Below, in pieces: positions 25,356 to 38,900 of a DNA stretch of 64,000 nt. The first letter of the stretch is position 1. Each line of letters starts with the position of its first letter. The DNA comes from Phallusia mammillata (lineage: Eukaryota). The stretch covers positions 19,654,001 through 19,718,000 of the forward strand of contig OZ281497.1 of the NCBI GenBank assembly GCA_965637545.1, written 5' to 3'. The notes below the pieces were generated by a model. It was not told the origin of the DNA. It made no database searches and was given only the letters and a program-made list of their open reading frames with translations. A program made the translations under genes and the position numbers.

Positions 25356-27800
25356 TTATGTTGTTTGCTGGGTCAGTGTAAGTCCTGTGAGTTCTTCACT
25401 CACTTCCCACAGCCGTTTTGCGTCTTCAAGCTTTTTAGCGGCACTGCTTTCACTGGCAATCTTACAATCGCTGCAATACAAAGCATACAATTTATTGGTA
25501 ATGGTAAGTTAACTTGACAGCCAGGACTGTTATAAAGGGTGCCCATTTCGGTAATAGGAAAGAGTCACATACATTTGTAACATGCAGCGGGCTGTTTAGC
25601 TGTCTGTTGACTACAAAACAATCCAACAAATAGTCAGCCTTAACGCAAAAAGTGCTCATGATTGCTAGTGCAGCTCACCTGAAGTATTTACCGCTAACGT
25701 TTGCCAGTTCGGTGGCGATTGCACAATATATACTGGTCTGTGCCCCATGCACTGCAGTTTTAAAGGCTACTCTTCGTATTGGATACGTACAACAACGTAA
25801 ACAGGATCTCCAGCATGATACATCGCCGTCAAACATGTGATTCCACAAATCAGTTTGCACAGCGCCAGGATGCAGTGCGTACGCCGACACATTTGTCCCT
25901 AAAAACAAGTAGACCTGGTAGAAAATTAAGAATTTGAGTCTTTCTTTACATTAAATCATTAAATATGCACTTTCTGTTTTTATTCAATCGTAAAAATTGC
26001 TATTATTCGGTGGCTGACGCAAGACACAAAAACAAATAAGGCCCAACGCACTATACTCCAGTATGTTTATGAATTTAATATAAAACGAGTTCGGTATACC
26101 TTCAAGACGTACAACCAGCTCCTTTACGAAGAGAATGTTCATTAGCTTGCTCTCAGCATACTTTCCGAACGAACTCGAGCTGTTTTCTGTGTTTAACTTA
26201 TCCCACTGTATGCGCTTTGCCTGTTTATGTGCTTCCGAGGAAACAACAACGATTCGGGCTGGAGCACTCCTCTGAAACACCAAGGTTAACTGTTTTAACA
26301 CTTGTGTTCAATCATTCATAAATCTTGAAATTAGAGATGCGCCGAATCGGCTTATTTTAGGTTGTTCGAAACCACATATTCGTCAGTTTTGCCGAATCAA
26401 CTGAATCATTTATGACGTCACGCGAAGTTGTAAGCTACGCTTCCGGCATGTAAGCATAAGTTTTTCTACCAGGTTATCTGCGGTGTTATACCATAGACAT
26501 AGAGTCTATGTCTATGGCATAGACAACTTAAAGTTATCTATGGTTATACCACAACAGAAAAGTTGTGCTTTACTATCATTTTACCACTGTGGATTTTAAG
26601 GCTAGCTGGGGTGTCAATCCAACCTGCCAACGAAATACTGACTTTTTTCAAAACAATAGTGTTTTAAAAATCATAGTAGGTGATGTAACTGTAGTTATCG
26701 CCTATGTTTGATAAGCTATCAAATACCCGTAATAGACTAAATTAGATAATAGATTTTTAAATCGTGATACGTACAAATAAAAAATATGACTTCAAGATTA
26801 ATCTATTTTTTGTCAGTTGTCAATTGTCAATGAAACATATTGTCCTATATAAACATAGAAAACACATACAATGTAACATTGGCATTCGTCGTTATCGTAA
26901 ATTCGATGTAGGCACGTTTAACTTAGAGTCCGGTTAGGCGTTCATGTGAAATTCTTTTGTTTAAAAAGTGCACAAACTTTTTTCAGTCCTGAATGACTGT
27001 ACAGCACCAACCTTAATCAGGTCGAGTAAGAGATTGGTCAACAGAAAATGACCAAGATGGTTAACTCCGACATTTATTTCAAATCCATCACTTGTTTTCT
27101 TCACGGAACTTCCCATGATACCTGTCCCAAAATAGTTTTATTTTCGTGAGCTTCTTTCAAACATTAGCATCAACAAAATTTCCTTTTATTTCGTACCTGC
27201 ATTGTTTATGAGTATGTCAAGCCTTTCCTCAGAAGCATTGACGTCGGCTGCAAACTTTCTGACAGATTCAAATGACGAAAGGTCTAACTGTTTGACGACC
27301 ACTTTCTCTTCATCACAATTTGTTTCCTCTAATATCTATCAAAATTATCTCGTTAAACCATTCGAGATGTCAGCAAATTGCAAATTATTAGATCACGGGA
27401 ACTGAAGACGCAAATATAATGTGTATACCGGTTGATTTGGTTTGGCATAGAGTTTTATACACTAGATTTTGATCAAATTGCAAGTGATTACTCCCATAAA
27501 GAACATTACACCGAAAAATAAACACCCACATGTACGTGTTATAAAACGGTGATAGAACAGGCTATAACTTTACCCACAATACACCCAGCGCTATTATTCC
27601 AATCTTACCCTGTTTTTTGCATCACCACCTCGTTCTAGGCTTCTGCAAGCAATTATCACCCGTGCTTCTCTCTTGACCAAATCTATTGCCGTTTCAAGGC
27701 CGATACCTGTGTTAGCTCCTGTGATTATCACAGTCTTCCCAGTCAACTTGATGTCACTTCTCACCCAGCTACCCGATGCTGACCTCGTGTTCGTAGGCAT
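25356..27800 (-). CDS. RDH11/12/13-like SDR copy D (type 2), intact, 315 aa
   Basis: Exons 27800-27609, 27335-27197, 27121-27012, 26271-26100, 25898-25679, 25470-25356; motifs [26 protein letters not shown]. Confidence 0.92.
26492..26542. mobile_element. 51-bp double-hairpin insertion with CATAGA...TCTATG ends
   Basis: CATAGACATAG-AGT-CTATGTCTATG, then G, then CATAGACAACT-TAA-AGTTATCTATG; flanked by a direct repeat GTTATAC at 26485-26491 and 26543-26549. Confidence 0.6.
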
Positions 27801-28709
27801 ACTTTAAATTCACTTGATTAAAATATGCACATGCGTTTGGACAAGAAACATAACAATAACTACTCGATCGGTAATGCAACAAATACAAGGCGTCGCATGC
27901 GACAATGCATTTTTCAATACATTGCTTTGTTGCGAGTAGAGATCCAGCAACAAGAGTGGACTGTCATGATTTTACGTAGTAGGCCTATCTGTTTAAAAAT
28001 CGAACCAAGACATATTCTAACCAGGCCGTGCTTGTCTATCAAGCAACTTGAGTCCAACTGCATGTAACAACAGTTGTTTAATCAACCTTACGCTTAATCA
28101 TCAACCTAAAGTTAAAAAAAATACCATTTTAAAGTTTAAACCCTTCTCTCAATGTCTGTTGCTGTAAAAGTAAACTCTACCGTACAAAGGTAAAGGCAAC
28201 TGCACGTAACTCTGAAGTGGGATTGCAAGCATGAACCATTACACTATCACGATTCACGACGTAGCTTACAGTTTCCTGAACATTCGTGCTATGCACACTG
28301 ATCAGACGCTATTTTAGCCAGCCCGATACCATTTGGCACATGTCAAGTGTGTGCTTTCACATGAGGTAATGACCCACAGTCAGTTTAATGCCCATTTGAA
28401 AAAGCCAACTATTGGTCAATATATCAGTACATAATATATCATATATAGGCCTAACCATATGTTTAACAGTAGATGTTTAACACAACCCAGATAAACAGTG
28501 ATTTTGAAACCTATGACTTACAGTTAATTAGTTTTAGGGCATAATGCTTTTTAGCGGATGTTCTCAACAGGCGGTAAATTCCCCATAGTCTATAGCGGCG
28601 TTTCTCAAACTTTCACCCTTGCGTATATAACCCTTCAAAAATGCATGTTTCAAGCACGCGCATTTTCAAAGATCTGCAAAAACACATATATTTTCATGTA
28701 TATATAGGT

Positions 28710-29144
28710 CAGTGCTCTTCAACCTTTTTAGTGACGCGGAACCCTTAAGGTATTTTGTCAAACTTTGCGGAACCCCCCTAAAAATAATTTTAATGAATGT
28801 AATACAAGCAGGCTACATCAAGGAAAAAAGATGCGTACACATCCAAAGCACATCACAAAGGTTGACTTAAATTAAACGGTTAACTGAAACGCATTGCCGT
28901 GTTATTTGTATCGGTCGTTTCTACATTAATCTCGCAACTTAGCTAGAGTGTAACAAGGTTGTATATATTACGTCACAATTGATCAATGGTATAACAAAGG
29001 TTAACAATATCGCACAGGCGAGCATTGCTGTTCGAAACAATGATACTATGAATCATTCGTGTTCGAATTGCTACTCCCCGTGCAACCCTTAAAGTTCACG
29101 GAACCCCTGAAAGGGTTGTACGGAACCCCGGTTGAAGAGCTCTG
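28710..29144. mobile_element. hAT (Charlie-like) MITE, 435 bp
   Basis: TIRs CAGTGCTCTTCAACC and GGTTGAAGAGCTCTG; TSD ATATAGGT / ATATAGAT (7 of 8 match). Confidence 0.85.
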
Positions 29145-29994
29145 ATATAGATTGCATATATAGTTGTATGACAGACACGACTGGTGTAATTTTCTAAATG
29201 ACTTTGTGCAGTAGCCTAGTTCTGAGTCAATAAAAAAAACATATATGTACAATTTAACGCTTTTATCCAGATTGTATACCCCTTCGTTCGTAAATATTCA
29301 TTATATGCATTCAATCTTTCTGATCTGTGCCAAGACATAATAAACAAACAAATTAAAGTGCAAGATACTTGGGTGTGAAGCCAAAGACTGTCCTTGCAAG
29401 CTCCAAGCTTGGAAGGTTAGGGACAGTGATATCCGTTTCGTTTGTTTTGATTTAGTTTACCTTTAGACTCATAACAAACATCATGTTGTAATGTATTCCT
29501 ACAAGTTTTCACCAAGCAAAATCATCGAAGGAATAATTAAAACAAACGTAGTAAACACTAGGTGTCGCCTTGTGGTCGAATTTATTTTACCCTCCCCTCC
29601 ATTCCATTCGACCATTCCATTCCAAGCGTTTGTTCGGTAGCGTTGATGCGCTTCATTTGCTTTTGGCGTCGCGCGCTATGCGACAGTGAGGTTTGATGTT
29701 TTTCCGAAGGTTGCCAGGACAGATAAATTTGTTTATTCACTAATGCCAGAAAAACACGGCATTAAGGATATACCGTTTTACAGATTGTTGCTGTAATAAT
29801 ATTGTTTCAAGGACGTTGTGTAAACGCAAACCCGAGTTTAAGTATAACTTTATATTTGCAGCATAGTTTGCTTACTCAGTTAGGCCGAAGTTTCAGTGCT
29901 TGACTGTGTTACAGTATTTTTCTAATGTTAACAACAAACGAATGAAGCTTCAAACATGTGACCAGCAACTTTTGATTATTGGGGCACGTTCATT

Positions 29995-32900
29995 ATGAGT
30001 GAAGTACTCAACAACACTGTAGAAATGGCACCTACTATAAATCAATGGGATGTACATGAAACTACATTTAAAAGATCGCAGTCTATGCCACCTGAACGCC
30101 GCAAAAGACGTCTCCAACAGTATATACCTGATTCTACACAGACTCGGATATCTGAATCCTCCGAAACAAATGATCAACCAAATGGAAATGCTGAAACAAA
30201 AGGAGTGGAGATTAGAAGAAATAAAAACGGGTTCAAAGGAATGTCATTCAGAGGCCGAAAGGTAAAAGTTTGAAATATTTCTTATTTGTGTGCTACTGCT
30301 TTGCATTTTCTTGCAATGGTTGCATTACTATAATATATATACATATATGTTTTTCAGACTGATGTTCGAGTTAGTACAATTAACCCTGATCAGCTTTTCA
30401 TCACAAATGAAATGAAATCAATGCTGCAAAATGGAGGAAAACCACCTTTGCAAAATGGGTCAATGTCACATGCAAATGGTGTCGTAACTAAACCACAGAC
30501 ACCAGTCAACAGAACAAAGCACTCAAAAGGCAATGGACTTGTTAAAATGCTACAAGGAGGTGTTCGACGTATTAGCAGTCTATCAGAAAAACATGGCCCT
30601 TCCACGATCCTTACAAAAACTATAGAAATAGATCGAAGCAAAGATGGAAGTTTAGGAATCTTTATCAAGAAGCGCAAAGTTCCAAAACAGTTTGATAATG
30701 GTGCTGCAAAACAGGGAATATTTGTAAGTCGCCTTGATACATCATGTAAAGTGTCAAGGGAAAATCTTTTGCATGTGGGCGATCAAATATTGTCAATCAA
30801 CAATGTTGACATCGTAGACCAGGATGTTAAGATGGTTGCTGGGATGATGTGCTTACCCAATAATCTTGTTCTGAAAGTCCGTTCCTCGCACAAGTCTACC
30901 AGTCGCCCTAAGAACTACCAAGTAATTAAAAATCCCCAACTGCAACGTATTGTGGAAGGAAAATCAAGTGATGTTGACAAAGTGGCTTTACCGAATTCAA
31001 ATCACAATGTTGTTGTTGCTGAACCAAGTAACAAAACTGCAACACTGAATAGCATGTATGACAATGATAGAGTGGACTTATCTTTGCCTGTCAAAAATAA
31101 GAAGCCAAACAACAATCTAGCACGAAATTCAGTCCAGATAAGGTTTGATGAATCCTTCCAAATTTTACTTGATGCAATTGCAGACTGTGAAAAACCAAAA
31201 AATGTAAACAACAACAACTGTAGTAGTGAAGTTATTCACAACTCAAAGGGTGTTGACGATGCAAACTTTCAAAGTGATTTGCTTTCGTCAACCACAGCAC
31301 AGTCAGAAGATATTCCAGAGGACTGTAATAGTTTGGTGAATGACATTTTAAGCACCATAAACGGCCAGGGGACACCTACAGAATTAAAAACAAATCCAGG
31401 TCACCCTGATGTTGACAATTATTCCAGCAGTAATGGATTAAGAAATGTCCCAACCACTTCAGATAGCAACAGTGCTCATTTTCACACCACCATGAAACTA
31501 ATAGATGACCCGGACTATGACGAAGTTCCCACTACGGATGATGAATCCTCATACAGCTGCAATGACGAAGTAAATGTTGATGCATTTGGTGATCATATAA
31601 AGTATTCACGCAAATACGGACAACATGAGAAGAATCCAAGTACATCAACTTCATCATCATCCCTGAACTCTCAAGGGGTTGAAACAGTTTCTCACCACAC
31701 ACATATGAAGGGTCATAACCCTGACCTTACCAGGTCACTCTCAGATGCTGGCTGGCAATCGTCAGCAGACAGTGTCATACACCAACAACCATGCTGCAAA
31801 AAAGCATCCATGCCACGCTTTCCTGTTGCCCACACTGACTTTACAACACGAGAGTGCAGTTGCATGTCTCGACAGTCCAGCAATTCAATTAACAGTATTA
31901 CAGTTGACAAAAAGCGACAATGGCTGGAATCAGGGCCGCAAGTTTCTGATGAGTTACAAATGCGACTGGATGGACTGCATCACTCGACAAAAGAAGGAAA
32001 ACTAAAAGAATTGCCCCCTCGAAAAGTCAGTGTCACCTCGCAAAAGAATGGAGATTTAAAGGTTGATACAAAAGTGAGGAATTATAATTAATATTGCACA
32101 CAAAGCATCAAAATTTTTTCAGGAATTTTACTTAATATTCTACACAAACTTCTAAATTTACATGTGCAACAAATATTGCTTTTTGTAAAACACATGAATT
32201 TTTTGTTCAAACAGAAAAGAAACAGCTGCAAGCGTCGACCTTCAGAGTCGTCAAGTAGCAGCAGTGGACATTCCTCCAACTCTCCTGGAATCCCACGATC
32301 CCACAAAAGTTCTCTGGACAGCCCAAGCTCTGTCAGTGATTTCACATTTCACAGAAAAAACAGCATAAAAAATCCCATGGAGAAATCTGCTAAAAGCATG
32401 CTGTCAGTTAGCTCTCCATCTTCGCCAAGCCCTAAGACATTTATCTACAGTGATAAATCCGAGAATGATTCTGAATGCTCAGTACCACACCCCAAGGCAG
32501 AGGACTCTGGCATTACAGCGACAGAAAAAGTTCCACAAACAACCAAGGTTTCCCATCCTACTTTGTTGGTCAATGGAAGTCCGGAAGGTAGGATTTATTT
32601 TCTTTGCCGAGAGATTCATAGTGTTTTAAATGAGATTTGTGCTGTTAGGAACTTGATGCATTAGTGACCTATGCCCAGTGATTCACAAATAATACCTTGT
32701 TTCCTGTGCAAAATTAGATTACATTTGCTGTATTTGCTTGGCTAATGCTTGAATCAATATTAATTACACTGAATGCCCCTTTAGGTATGTTCGTGAGATT
32801 CAACTTTGGATATTGTATCTTTATTGTTGGAAAGAAAGAATGTAATTTAGTAGGCCACGGGGAAAGGGGAATTGTTGCTTTGTTGTCTTTACTCAAAAGT

Positions 32901-35900
32901 TTTGGAGTAATGTTCCTGTCCTGAAAGTATGAATAACATGACGTAACCCTGTTGACATAAAATCGCCCTTCAATAGTTTGTAACACAATGGCAATGGCCA
33001 TTACACTTTGTGGTTATGTTTATCTTTCAAGTGGTTATGGATCTCTTTTCATATGGACAAATGTTTTTTTGTGTTTCTAGATCTGCCCATCTACTATGTA
33101 GCATTGACTTGTGCTATGCTATCCCATTCTTGTTTAAACATTTTATGTGTATGACTGTCTTTTTCATTTACAGAACCAGGTAACTCCAATACCAGCAACA
33201 GGTCCTTTACCGCAGTGAAAATAACCTCACCATCACGATCAAGGAAAAAGAATTGGGGCAAAAAATTTACAAAGAAATTCAAACTTGGAGGGTTGGTGTA
33301 ACTGTTCATACATTTATTGTTACATTGTTAAACAACCATACACCATAGTTTAAGGGCATAATGTTCCAAAACTTAACAGAAATTATTTTCTTAACCAGTA
33401 ACACATTGCAATGGCTTCAAGTTATAACAAAATTTTTCAAATTAGTGTTTTGCATTTTTAGTAGTTCTGAAAATTCGATGAGTGAATATGCATGCTGGAT
33501 GGGGGAAGATGAACAACAGAAGGTTGAAGGCAATTTACTTGCAGACAGCTCCAAGGTGTCAACACAACACAATCTACAGAAGATCATAAATAAAAGTGAT
33601 TCAGCGGTGCTAAATCGTTATCACCTCGATATCAGCATGGTAGGCAGCAGTCACAGTTGTTGGTATTGTACTGGAGTCACAAGGGCCGCAACTCAGCAAA
33701 TTTACAATAAAAACTTGTTTTATATTTTGTTGTATTAACAGCATTATAAGATAATATATATAAGGGTTTATTAGCAGGGCACCTTTGATCTGTTCACTAA
33801 GTTTAACGAAATGGTGGAATTGTTAACCTAACTAGAATGTATGTAATATATAAAGGTCTGTTCCCTTTCTCTGTCGTTATCTTTCACATAAGTAAACAGA
33901 TTCAATATTTGTATTTATTAGGCACACCAGAGAAGATTAAGTAGACAGTTGGAATGGGATAACGTTTTGCCAGATCCATCAATCAAGGCACTCACACTGT
34001 CCCAGTTTAAAAAATACAAACCTGTTTCTGCTCTCCACCATCAGTTTTTGCCTGCTATCGATGGTAAGCATTTGCTTTCGCTTTTGTTTTCACTGCACTG
34101 GGCAAAAGTTTTTACATCTGTTTTGGGTGCAGGCTGTCTTGTAATAACACTGTACGGGGTACGGGAACTTAAAAAGACCTTGTGTGAGGCCTACTGCCTT
34201 GTACAAGTGGACAATGCCACAACAAAGCGAATCGGAACCACAATGCAAACCTGCCGTGGCGCTGTGGCATGGAACCAGTGCTTTGAGGTAAACCCTGTTT
34301 TGATTTGCTTTGCTTGAATTGTTTATTTCAGCAAAATATAAAAACCCATGCTAACAAGGAATATTTTGAAAAATGTTAAAATGTGTTTTATATGTTTGCA
34401 GAGTTTGTCCAAGAAGGGTTACATGATTTTGGTAAAAAATATTAAATAGCAAAAACCCTCATACAAACAAAACAGTCAACATATAATTTAGTTTAGCAAC
34501 TGCATTTACAATCGTTCCAGTTAATTAGTTTTTTAACGTTTACTGCACAGCTATGAGGTTTACTGGCATTTATGACTTCCCTTTGTGGTGGGTTATTGGG
34601 CTATTGAAGCCTGGGGTTTATGGTCAAAGGATTAGCTGTTGTGATTAGTAGAAAGCGTTTAACAACATTCCATTGCCCTGACTAACGAGCAACATTTCAA
34701 TTTTGACAACAAATTTGCCTTCAGGCCTATTTGCTATTATAACGGCATATACCTGTGTTATGTGTTACGTATGCATGTACACAGATACTTGAATTATGTG
34801 CTATTTCCTTACATGTTGTATATCATATACCAAGTGAAAACTATTGACCCATTAACCTCACATTCCTGGGATGTTACTTATAGCCTGGGGCAAGTCAAGT
34901 GGTAGTCAATTTCTAGCTTGATTTTCCCCTTATTAATTGTTGTGGTCTTGTGGAAAATAGCACTTTCTGCAAATATGAAAGTACACATTTGTGATTTTGT
35001 TTGCAAATCTTATCCTTGTCAATGTGTACAGCCACTTGAAGTGTATTGAAAGTTTAGCATAACATGTAATTGTGGTCGGCACTCAAAATTTATTCCCAAC
35101 AATTTACTTAAAAGGGCACACCTTGTGGTTAATCAAAGAGGGTGTTCATCTCTAAATAATTGCTACCTTCATCTTTTCTACAGCGCCCTTTGCTCTTAAA
35201 TCACAGTGGTCAATTCATATGTTGTTTTCAGCTGATGGTCAACAAGGCCAGGGATTTACACGTCACACTTTACACATGGGAAACAAGAGGTGGCAAGCAC
35301 AAAGTTTGCTCATATGCCACTCTTAATCTCCCAACACTAATCCAAGGTGCCAAACTTCAATCCAACTTTTCTGAGCGACTTGCAGTGAGACTGGAACCTC
35401 GTGGCACATTGTACATGAAGGTAGTAACATGATCGTTTTACAGTTGTAATGGGTATTTGATTGATCTCAACAATGCAATTTGATGCAAAACAAATGTTAC
35501 ATTGCAGGTTGCGCTGGAAAAGAATCCATCTAGCCCCGGGCCACTAGTTTTTGGTGCTGACCTTCAAAGTATTGTAGACCGTGAAAGTTCTGGATATGGC
35601 ATTCCTTCATTAGTGCATTCTTGCATAGAAGAAGTGGAAAAACGTGGAATGCAGGTAAATACATAAAGAAATTTTAAGGATCATAATTTTTTTGCACAAT
35701 ATTGTGTGATTGCATTTTTTGGGGTCCATTTTCAGTGCAATAGCTTGCTACTGGGAAGTGCTCTAAAATCTATTTGTGAACTGAAATCTGAGACAAATAT
35801 CTGTCATGCATGCCACAAGTGTTGGCACCTTAACTTTGATGAAATTAAACGGTGGCTTGTGGCAGTGTGCAGCCGTTCAGGTGCCACTAAACGTACAACG

Positions 35901-38900
35901 GTCATGCTTGTTATCTTGCAGTCAACTGTAAAGTCTGTGGCCCACTGGCGTGCGTGCCGGCGTGCACGCGAGGGTGAATGAGCGTGTGCTTGAGTGCATA
36001 TGCTGGTATGTGCCTGTTTGAAGAATATCATTGTGCCAAAACTTTTTCTGTTTGCTTACCAAACAAGATCTGACCATGTCGGGTCAGCCGGATTATTTGC
36101 TCTTTTTCTGTGCAAAAAAATGGGACTGTATTTAATCGAACATGTGGTTTTGTGCTGTGTGTACAGACTTCATTAATATTAGGCTGCTCTATTTGCTCTG
36201 ATGTGCGGTGACCACAAAAATCCATTTCAGTCCCATCGTGGTACACAAGTATTTGGGACTGTTGAATATTACTTGGCCTGCTTGTTTTGCTGACAACACT
36301 TTGTGAGCCAGCATGGCGCGGACATAATGTCTCACAAATAGAATTTGGGCACTTAGTATTTCTTGGACTGTTGGTCGTGGTTGACTGCTGAGGTGGAAAT
36401 AAGCCTGGCTATCACATTCCTGAGTAGTTGTCACCATATGTTCATCTTGCCTAGAGCTATATATCACTGCCGTTACACTGCATCTCGTATTGACTTAAAT
36501 TGGCCTAATCCTTGATTTGTTTGACAGAGAATACCTAAATATGACAATCCCATAATTTAGTTTCAATAAAACCGCATCTGAAAGTTTTGTAATATGGTAG
36601 TTATGTTCACTAAATCATGCAAAAAATGTATTAGCTTTTAGATATTTAGATATTACAATATTTGCTTGTATAGATGCTTTCAATGCATATATAAGTATAA
36701 TCTATGCTTTCTGTGCCTTATTTAGTGGAATGTTTATTGTATGTGTCTCAATTTTAACATTTTAGATTTAGTCTATCTCAATTTTAAATTAATATTAAAA
36801 AAGCCATTAGTATCATATTAAACTTCCTTTGCCAAAGTCTCACTTTGCAGCACAAACCCAACATATGCTTGTTGTCCCTGGTGGGAATGTGTGTCAAAAA
36901 CAGCCTCCCCTGATGATGTTACTTTTCACATCCACCCAGCATCTGTTTACATTTCCTGGCCCACAAACTTTAACAGCAAACTGATGATGCCCTGGTTTGT
37001 AATGGCCACTTCACTGATGTGTCTTTTTCTCAGACTATGTATGGGCAGAAAAGACAGCAGCACCAAACACATATATTATATAATTTGCTGTAAATTTCCT
37101 GTACAAAGTGGTTCCGTTGTTATGTGGAGATAAAGTTTAAGTACATTACATACAGTTAGCAGTGTTGAACACTTTACATGCACATATTAACAAGCATTTT
37201 GAAGAATGTAATGGAACAAATTGACAGCATTTGCAGAACTGTTAAAAAATTATGTCACTTTTTCGTCTATTTAAGCCATTACCACTGTATTTTAGGCATA
37301 GTTTTAAAATCAACCATTTTCCTGGAAATACATGCCTGTGTTTGCTTTTACACACATAAACATACAGTTCTGTTTCACATTGGTGATTCAAAACCACACG
37401 AAAGCTATAAACTTAATGTTCAATGGCATTCCTCTTTACATAGTCACTCACACACCAGTAAGTGAGGCATGAAAAGGAATTTATGCTCGCTCATGAGTAA
37501 TCGTGTTTTGTGCAGGTGGTGGGCATATATCGACTATGTGGTTCCGCAATTGTAAAGAGGGAGCTTCGACGAAAGGTTGAAGAGGCCAAGGGTGTAACTC
37601 TGCTTACCTCTGACAACTACCCTGATGTGAATGTCATAACAGGTATTATGGAGTGTAAAACATATGACTTTCCTCTGTCAATAACATGCTTTTCCCTAAA
37701 TCCATGGTATGCAGTTCAACCATCAATTTGCTGAAGACTCTAAATAGCACAAATCAAACTGTAAACATCACCTTTTACAATATTTATGTACATTTCAATA
37801 AAATACATAAAAATTCAATGTTGAGCATAAAATTCATCAAGGTATTATTTTACTTTTTTTGTTTAATTAAACACTTATCAAATTAAAATCTACTTAACAC
37901 ATGTCTATGATAAGCATTGGTTTTTATTGCATGTTATATGCACATTAAATGCAAAATGCCAGTTATCACATGAGAAAATTGTTTTCCATTTTCATTGGAA
38001 AGCTTTCTAGGAAACATGTTAAACACAGTTACTCCGTACAGAGTTTTAATGACTCCCCTTATTGCCTTGCTTCTAGGAATTCTCAAGGATTTCTTGAGGG
38101 AACTGCCTCAACCACTGTTCCCACCAGAACTGCTCGAAGCTGTCACTACAGCTATGGAGAAAAATCCAGGTACATTCGACCACAAGCGGAAAAAAAGTCA
38201 AACAATATTACAACACTCAATAATTTCAAAATGATTGATAAGCAAGGTCGCACCAAGTGCAGCTGTTGGTGTCTGCCTGATTTTCTCCCTTGGGATTTGG
38301 GTGCAGTTTCTATGACTTGTGTTATTGGCCCTTCCCATTGTATGACATGTGTAGATAGACAGGACCTTTTGAACCAGGAAAACGCCAAGCATATGTCATG
38401 TTTGCCAAATGGCAATTTTGCATACATTATGCATGAATTTAATGGATGAAATTTAAACCATTGGCAAGCCCATCCTCATATTGCCTGACAATGTTCTGCA
38501 ACAGTATGTTGTGTTACGCATTATAGTATTCACGCTTTTACCTTAAACAATGAAAACGAATAAGAAATTTTGAATTATTTCCATGTGAATACACTAAAAT
38601 TGTTTTCATACCAAAATAGAATTTTCGGTCAACATTTTTCCTTTCTTAGGTCCCACCCCAGCAACCGTCGTCAAGGAACCATTTGCACCCGACCCCACCC
38701 TCACTACGTCGATACCTGGGTCTCAACCTGCTACCGAAGAAGAACAAAAAATGCGAACAAGTGCCTTGCTGCAGCACATCAAAGTATTGTCAGCCGCACC
38801 TGCGGAACGAGCAACTTTATACGCGCTTCTCAACCATTTGAAGAAGGTTGCAATGCACCATGAACAAAACAAGATGACTTGTCAGAATTTGGCAGTGTGC

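Larger units (their letters stand above)
8078..28382. repeat. Tandem segmental duplication of a two-gene RDH unit (unit 1 ~8078-19378, unit 2 ~19479-28382)
   Basis: Colinear homology runs from TTTTATTAACGC(A/G)CCACAAGATACAATCAAG to GTGTGCTTTCACATGAGGT in both units once transposon insertions are removed. Confidence 0.9.

Noticed and set aside
28550-28620. GTTCTCAAC-containing hAT-like ends, also at ~51055 and a TGGCGTAGC motif at ~8565
   Set aside because: Only one terminus is recognisable and there is no TSD, so boundaries cannot be supported.
35706-36467. ORFs of 60-92 aa on both strands in SYD-1 intron 9 (possible nested gene or poison exon)
   Set aside because: No recognisable domain and no coherent exon chain; more likely regulatory or neutral sequence.
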